A stretch of 64,000 nucleotides of DNA from Candidatus Latescibacterota bacterium (GTDB taxonomy: Bacteria > Latescibacterota > UBA2968 > UBA8231). How positions within the stretch are numbered: the first letter of the stretch is position 1; each line of letters opens with the position of its first letter. Below the pieces are notes generated by a model, which made no database searches, had not been told where the DNA came from, and was given only the letters and a program-made list of their open reading frames with translations. This document shows, piece by piece, positions 59,906 through 64,000 of the stretch. The stretch lies in the NCBI GenBank assembly GCA_965200315.1, contig OZ241362.1:2528001-2592000 (forward strand), given 5' to 3'. Made by a program: the position numbers and the translations under genes.

Positions 59906-61015
59906 ATGAACGCATACCAACGCTTCGTCCGCCCCCTCCTGTTCCGCTGCGATCCAGAGCGCATCCACGAGCAGACTCTCGAGCTTGGCGAGCGGGTCGG
60001 TTCTTCCGCGCTTGGCCGTCGTCTGCTTTCCAGTCTCTTTGCCTTTGCGGACGCACGGCTTTCTACCCAAGTGGGCAGCTTGCACTTTGCCAATCCGCTG
60101 GGCCTAGCGGCCGGGTTCGACAAAAACGGCCGGGTGATCCAAGCACTTGCGGCCATGGGCTTTGGGTTCGTGGAGGTGGGGTCTGTATCCGCGCATCCCT
60201 CGGCTGGGAACCCGCGGCCCCGCTTGTTTCGCCTGCCGTTAGACGAGGCGATCGTCGTCAATTATGGAGTGCCCAATGACGGGACAACAGTCGTCGCCGC
60301 CCGCGTATCTCAACAGCCGACGGCTACTCCCTTGGGGATCAACCTAGTCGAAACCAATACCGGACGGGCCATGACGCCCGATGCAGTCGTGGCGGAGCTA
60401 GCCGCGGCCCTAGTGCCCTTTGTGGGGCGGGCCGACTACATCGCGTTCAATCTCAACTGTCCGAACACCACCGGCGGCGTCAGCCCATTCACCAGCGGGG
60501 AGCACTTGCGCGACTTGCTGCGGGAATGCGCTGCCATCGACGACTTGCCGCTGGTTTTTCTCAAGCTCACAGCGCACACCGACCCGGCGCGGTTGGACTG
60601 GATGCTGGAGACGGTCGATCCCTTTGCCTTCGTCAAGGGCTTCATCTTCAACCTGCCGCCGGGGACGAATTACCCGCTCAAGTCTCCGGCCCCTCTCTTC
60701 ACCTCCCTGCCCGGCACCTTGTGCGGCCGGCCCGTTCAGGCCCTGATCGACGAAACCGTGCGCTTCTGGTACGGGCGCATCGACCGCCAGCGGCACAAAA
60801 TCATCGGCGTCGGGGGGATTTCATCGGCCGAGGACGCCTACCGCAAAATTCGCCTTGGCGCGTCGCTCGTGCAGCTTTACTCCGCGCTCATTTTTCGGGG
60901 GCCGGGGATCGTGCGGCAAATCAACGCGGGGTTGGCCCGGCTATTGGAACGAGATGGTTTTGTTCGGGTAGAGGACGCGGTGGGAATCGATAACCAAGCA
61001 AAAGCTGCCGTGTGA
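59906..61015 (+). CDS. pyrD: dihydroorotate dehydrogenase (quinone, class 2)
   Basis: NPLGLAAGFDKNG, GNPRPRLFRL, NCPNT, IGVGGI, GASLVQLYS. Confidence 0.85.
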   Translation: MNAYQRFVRPLLFRCDPERIHEQTLELGERVGSSALGRRLLSSLFAFADARLSTQVGSLHFANPLGLAAGFDKNGRVIQALAAMGFGFVEVGSVSAHPSAGNPRPRLFRLPLDEAIVVNYGVPNDGTTVVAARVSQQPTATPLGINLVETNTGRAMTPDAVVAELAAALVPFVGRADYIAFNLNCPNTTGGVSPFTSGEHLRDLLRECAAIDDLPLVFLKLTAHTDPARLDWMLETVDPFAFVKGFIFNLPPGTNYPLKSPAPLFTSLPGTLCGRPVQALIDETVRFWYGRIDRQRHKIIGVGGISSAEDAYRKIRLGASLVQLYSALIFRGPGIVRQINAGLARLLERDGFVRVEDAVGIDNQAKAAV

Positions 61016-61087
61016 TCAGGGTTAGTGGCAAGGGACATTTCTCCCTCGGCATCACAGGGCCGCCGCGCACCAAGGCCGAATAGAAGG

Positions 61088-61972
61088 TCAGCTTCGGGCG
61101 TTGATCTGCAAATCCCACGCCCGCCAGTAGTACTTGAGCGGGTCGTCCGCGTCCCACTTGGCGTAAATGTTCTCCCAATCCGTAAAGTGCATGTGCGGCT
61201 CCAGCGAGTCTGCGCGCACCGGGTGGCTCATGGGCTGGTAGCGATAGTCGAGCGAAATGCGCAGGCGGTCACCGCTTTCGTTGTCTTGGCCCTGATGAGC
61301 GGTTAGACTGTGGCATATAAGCACGTCGCCGGCGACAAAATCGCCGCCCGCCCACAGCGTATCCTCGGGCAGCGCGACGGCATGGCCGCCCGCGCCGGTC
61401 GCCGCTTGAACGTCTAGCTTGCCCAGTTTGTGGCTGCCCGGCGCCACCGCCAAGCTGCCCAGCGCGGCCGGACAGTCTCCCGCCGGAATCCAAGCTGTCC
61501 ACGTCTCGTCCGTGCCGCCGATGTAAAAGTTGTCTTGGTGTGGTGGGGTGGTGTGCGCCAGCGCGTTGGGGAAAATGACTCGGCAGATATTGCGGCTGTG
61601 GGGCAGAGCCTCCTCGCCGAAAAGCGTTGCAAACATCGCCAAAATCGCCGGGTGCAAAGCCAGCGCATTAAAAGCGCGCAACCGCTGGACATCGGTGTAA
61701 AAGGCGATCCACTCGGGCGAGCGGCCTTCGATAAAAAGCTGCCCGTCGCGCACGACTCCGTCCATCAAGGGCGCGTCGTCGTCGAGCCAGCCGTGCTGCC
61801 GACAGACTTCGAGAATCTGGCGGCGCAGGTAGAGCACCGCCTCTGAATCCAACAGCGAGCGGAAGAACAAATATCCCTGCTCAACCGCGCGCGCACGCAA
61901 GGCCGCGGGCGCGGCGATCAGGGGTGTGGAATCGACGAAAGGTTCGATGTTGACCATGGTTTGCTGGGCCAT
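61088..61972 (-). CDS. phytanoyl-CoA dioxygenase (PhyH) family protein
   Basis: TPPHQD, LAVAPGSH, H...R.SLDYRYQ. Confidence 0.9.
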   Translation of the reverse strand: MAQQTMVNIEPFVDSTPLIAAPAALRARAVEQGYLFFRSLLDSEAVLYLRRQILEVCRQHGWLDDDAPLMDGVVRDGQLFIEGRSPEWIAFYTDVQRLRAFNALALHPAILAMFATLFGEEALPHSRNICRVIFPNALAHTTPPHQDNFYIGGTDETWTAWIPAGDCPAALGSLAVAPGSHKLGKLDVQAATGAGGHAVALPEDTLWAGGDFVAGDVLICHSLTAHQGQDNESGDRLRISLDYRYQPMSHPVRADSLEPHMHFTDWENIYAKWDADDPLKYYWRAWDLQINARS

Positions 61973-61976
61973 TGAA

Positions 61977-62429
61977 TCACTCCTCTTTTTTGTCCCAAAA
62001 AGCGTGTAAGATGGCGATGTACTCGTCGGAAAGCTCGTGCTCAATCGCCCCTTCAATGACGGCGTTGAGATATTCCTCCGAGGGCAGGTAGTGGTGTCCG
62101 GCGTCGAGGCGGGACAGATACGTCCAAACTTCGCCGAGCTTAGGTATGGTTATCGTGTCCCGCCGGTACTTGATACCTTCACTTTCGTAGTGATCGAGGC
62201 GTCTGAAGTCGTCCTGCGTCATGGCATAGACGACGCCTTCGACGAATGCGTCTGCGTTGGGCCGGATGCTGGCCACGCCCATGCCGCTGCGCGTAAAGGA
62301 GATCATCGGGAAACACAACTCATAGCCTTCCAAGCGCACCACAGAATGGACGCGGGCACCCGGGCAGCGGGCCTGCATCTGGCTTCGGAGCAAGTTGGAC
62401 CCGTAGGCGAAGTAGAGCAATTCAGCCAT
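61977..62429 (-). CDS. gamma-glutamylcyclotransferase family protein
   Basis: LYFAYGSNL, VEGVVY, LDHYE, PSEEY. Confidence 0.88.
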   Translation of the reverse strand: MAELLYFAYGSNLLRSQMQARCPGARVHSVVRLEGYELCFPMISFTRSGMGVASIRPNADAFVEGVVYAMTQDDFRRLDHYESEGIKYRRDTITIPKLGEVWTYLSRLDAGHHYLPSEEYLNAVIEGAIEHELSDEYIAILHAFWDKKEE

Positions 62430-62468
62430 TACCAACCTCCTTTGGTTGGGAGAGCTACACCGCGCACG

Positions 62469-63641
62469 TTACCACCCTTTCCACGAGCCATCGGCGTACC
62501 GATACTGGCGATAGGCCATCGGCTCGTAGGGCAGCGCGGCTAGATCGGCTTCCTTGACCTCAACGCCGAGGCCGGGCGCGTCCGAGAGGGCAATATGGCC
62601 ACCCTCAACGCACCAATCGTGATCGACATAGCGGTCGTAGATCGAAAGATAGAAGTGGTTGGTCTCTTGAATGAGGAAATTGCCCATCAGCGCATCGGCT
62701 TGCAGGGTCGCCGCCGTGCAGAGCGGGCCACCGGCATTGTGCGGAGCCATTAGCATCTGTTCGGCTTCGGCCGCGCGGGCGATTTCGAGCAGATGCGCGA
62801 TGCCAAAACAGTGGGTGATATCCGGCTGCAAGTAGGCGCAGGCGCGCTCGGCGATTAGGGGGCGAAATTGTCCTAACGTAAAGAGCTTTTCACCGGTGGC
62901 GATGGGGACGGGGCTTTTGCGCGTCACTTCTAAGAGGGCCTCCACCGAGCCGGTTTTGACCGGCTCTTCGAGCAGCAGCGGGCGGCAGGCTGCGGTGCGC
63001 CGCGCGAATTCGACGCTCATTTCCGGGGTAGGGCTGCCGTGGGCGTCGATCAGGATGTCGAACTCAGCCCCCACTTCCCTCCGCATCGCTTCGACGCAAG
63101 CAACCGAGTGGTCGATGGCCGCACCATCCATCGGCCACGTGCGGTCCTCCAAGGGATTGCCTTTGACACCGGCAAAGCCTTGGGCTTGGATATGGCGCGC
63201 GTCCGCGGCGGCTTGTTTCGGCGCGGCCAAGCTGCCGCCATTGCTATAGACGCGGATTTTGTCGCGCCGCCGGCCGCCCAGCAGGGTATGCACCGGCACG
63301 CCCCAAGCTTTGCCCGCTAAGTCGTGCAGGGCGGCGTCCATGGCGGCGATAGCCGTGCCGAAAACCGGACCGCCCTTCCACGGCAAGCGGTTTTGGATAT
63401 CCTCGGTTAATGCTCGGTAGTGGAGCGGATCGCGGTCCAAGAGCAGCTCTTCCCACGCGGCGAGCGTGGCTTCGACTGAGGGCACCAGCCATTCGCCACT
63501 GCCCTCGCCCCAGCCGCTGAGGCCGACATCCGTCTCTATCTTGAAGAAGAGCCACGTCTTGGAAGAGCTGGCAATCAGCGCGGCGGTGTCTTGGCCCGTG
63601 GGGACGCTAAATTTGTAGGTCTTGGTTGCGGTAATTTTCAC
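62469..63641 (-). CDS. mandelate racemase/galactonate dehydratase-like enolase superfamily enzyme
   Basis: GWGE, DLAGKAWGVPV, IDAHG, EEP, IATGEKL, QPD, PGLG. Confidence 0.9.
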   Translation of the reverse strand: MKITATKTYKFSVPTGQDTAALIASSSKTWLFFKIETDVGLSGWGEGSGEWLVPSVEATLAAWEELLLDRDPLHYRALTEDIQNRLPWKGGPVFGTAIAAMDAALHDLAGKAWGVPVHTLLGGRRRDKIRVYSNGGSLAAPKQAAADARHIQAQGFAGVKGNPLEDRTWPMDGAAIDHSVACVEAMRREVGAEFDILIDAHGSPTPEMSVEFARRTAACRPLLLEEPVKTGSVEALLEVTRKSPVPIATGEKLFTLGQFRPLIAERACAYLQPDITHCFGIAHLLEIARAAEAEQMLMAPHNAGGPLCTAATLQADALMGNFLIQETNHFYLSIYDRYVDHDWCVEGGHIALSDAPGLGVEVKEADLAALPYEPMAYRQYRYADGSWKGW

Positions 63642-63659
63642 GGCCGCATCCTGTGGATT

Positions 63660-63687
63660 TTGACAAGGAGTGCGGATATAGTACCAT
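63660..63687 (+). promoter_or_regulatory. sigma70-like promoter
   Basis: TTGACA-N16-TACCAT upstream of GAGGGA-ATG 63730. Confidence 0.45.
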
Positions 63688-63805
63688 TCAGACTCGCCGC
63701 ACGCAAACCCTTGTCTCCTCTGAGGGATTATGGCCCAACAACGCTTTCAGCGCACTGCGCCTTAGTCCGCGTTGGAGTGATCGCCGGCCCCGGCGGCCAC
63801 ACCTT

Positions 63806-64000
63806 GAGCAACGCCAAAACGAAATCACGGAGTATTTCGACTGCGAGCATTTGCCCGAGGACTTGCAGCCGGTCAGCGCGGAAGTAGGGGAGGCCGCCCG
63901 CTACATGGACGAGACCCCGCCCAACTGCGCCAAGAAATCTATTGGACTGCGCAAGCTGCTTGAAATGAAGGACTGTCTGGTTCGTGCCGCACTTCGGAAA
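63806..64000 (+). CDS. small phage-type helical protein, partial and possibly pseudogenised
   Basis: Frame absent from the ORF track: EITEYFDCEHLPEDLQPVS...KSIGLRKLLEMKDCLVRAALRK; runs off the window. Confidence 0.55.

Overview
GC-rich bacterial chromosome segment. The gene content suggests an FCB-group organism such as Ca. Latescibacterota, possibly a sponge symbiont (inference). Supporting features are six secreted proteins ending in an NxPNPF(N/R)P FlgD/T9SS-like domain, dockerin-like and cohesin-like modules, a DUF6785 membrane protein, tandem AAA+PD-(D/E)XK genes, a sulfatase and a heparinase-like lyase. Intact housekeeping genes: gltB/gltD with a divergent Lrp-like regulator, gltA-hpf-pntA-pntA2-pntB, moaB, hemB and pyrD. 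Two patterns stand out. (1) A tandem array of three large modular surface proteins (1.5-11.8 kb) shares a near-identical C-terminal domain plus terminator cassette, and short DNA blocks conserved even at synonymous sites, which suggests recombinational domain shuffling. (2) There are at least eight deletion/fusion scars joining pieces of genes, including an in-frame single-NBD 'half' UvrA, an ECF-sigma stub fused to its anti-sigma, an orphaned HicA toxin and a collapsed TonB-receptor/ABC operon. The window also holds a candidate 307-bp MITE, a candidate structured RNA upstream of hemB and a small phage-like helical protein at the right edge. No CRISPR array, rRNA, tRNA, integrase, transposase or reverse transcriptase was recognised. 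All family calls come from reading motifs, not from database searches.
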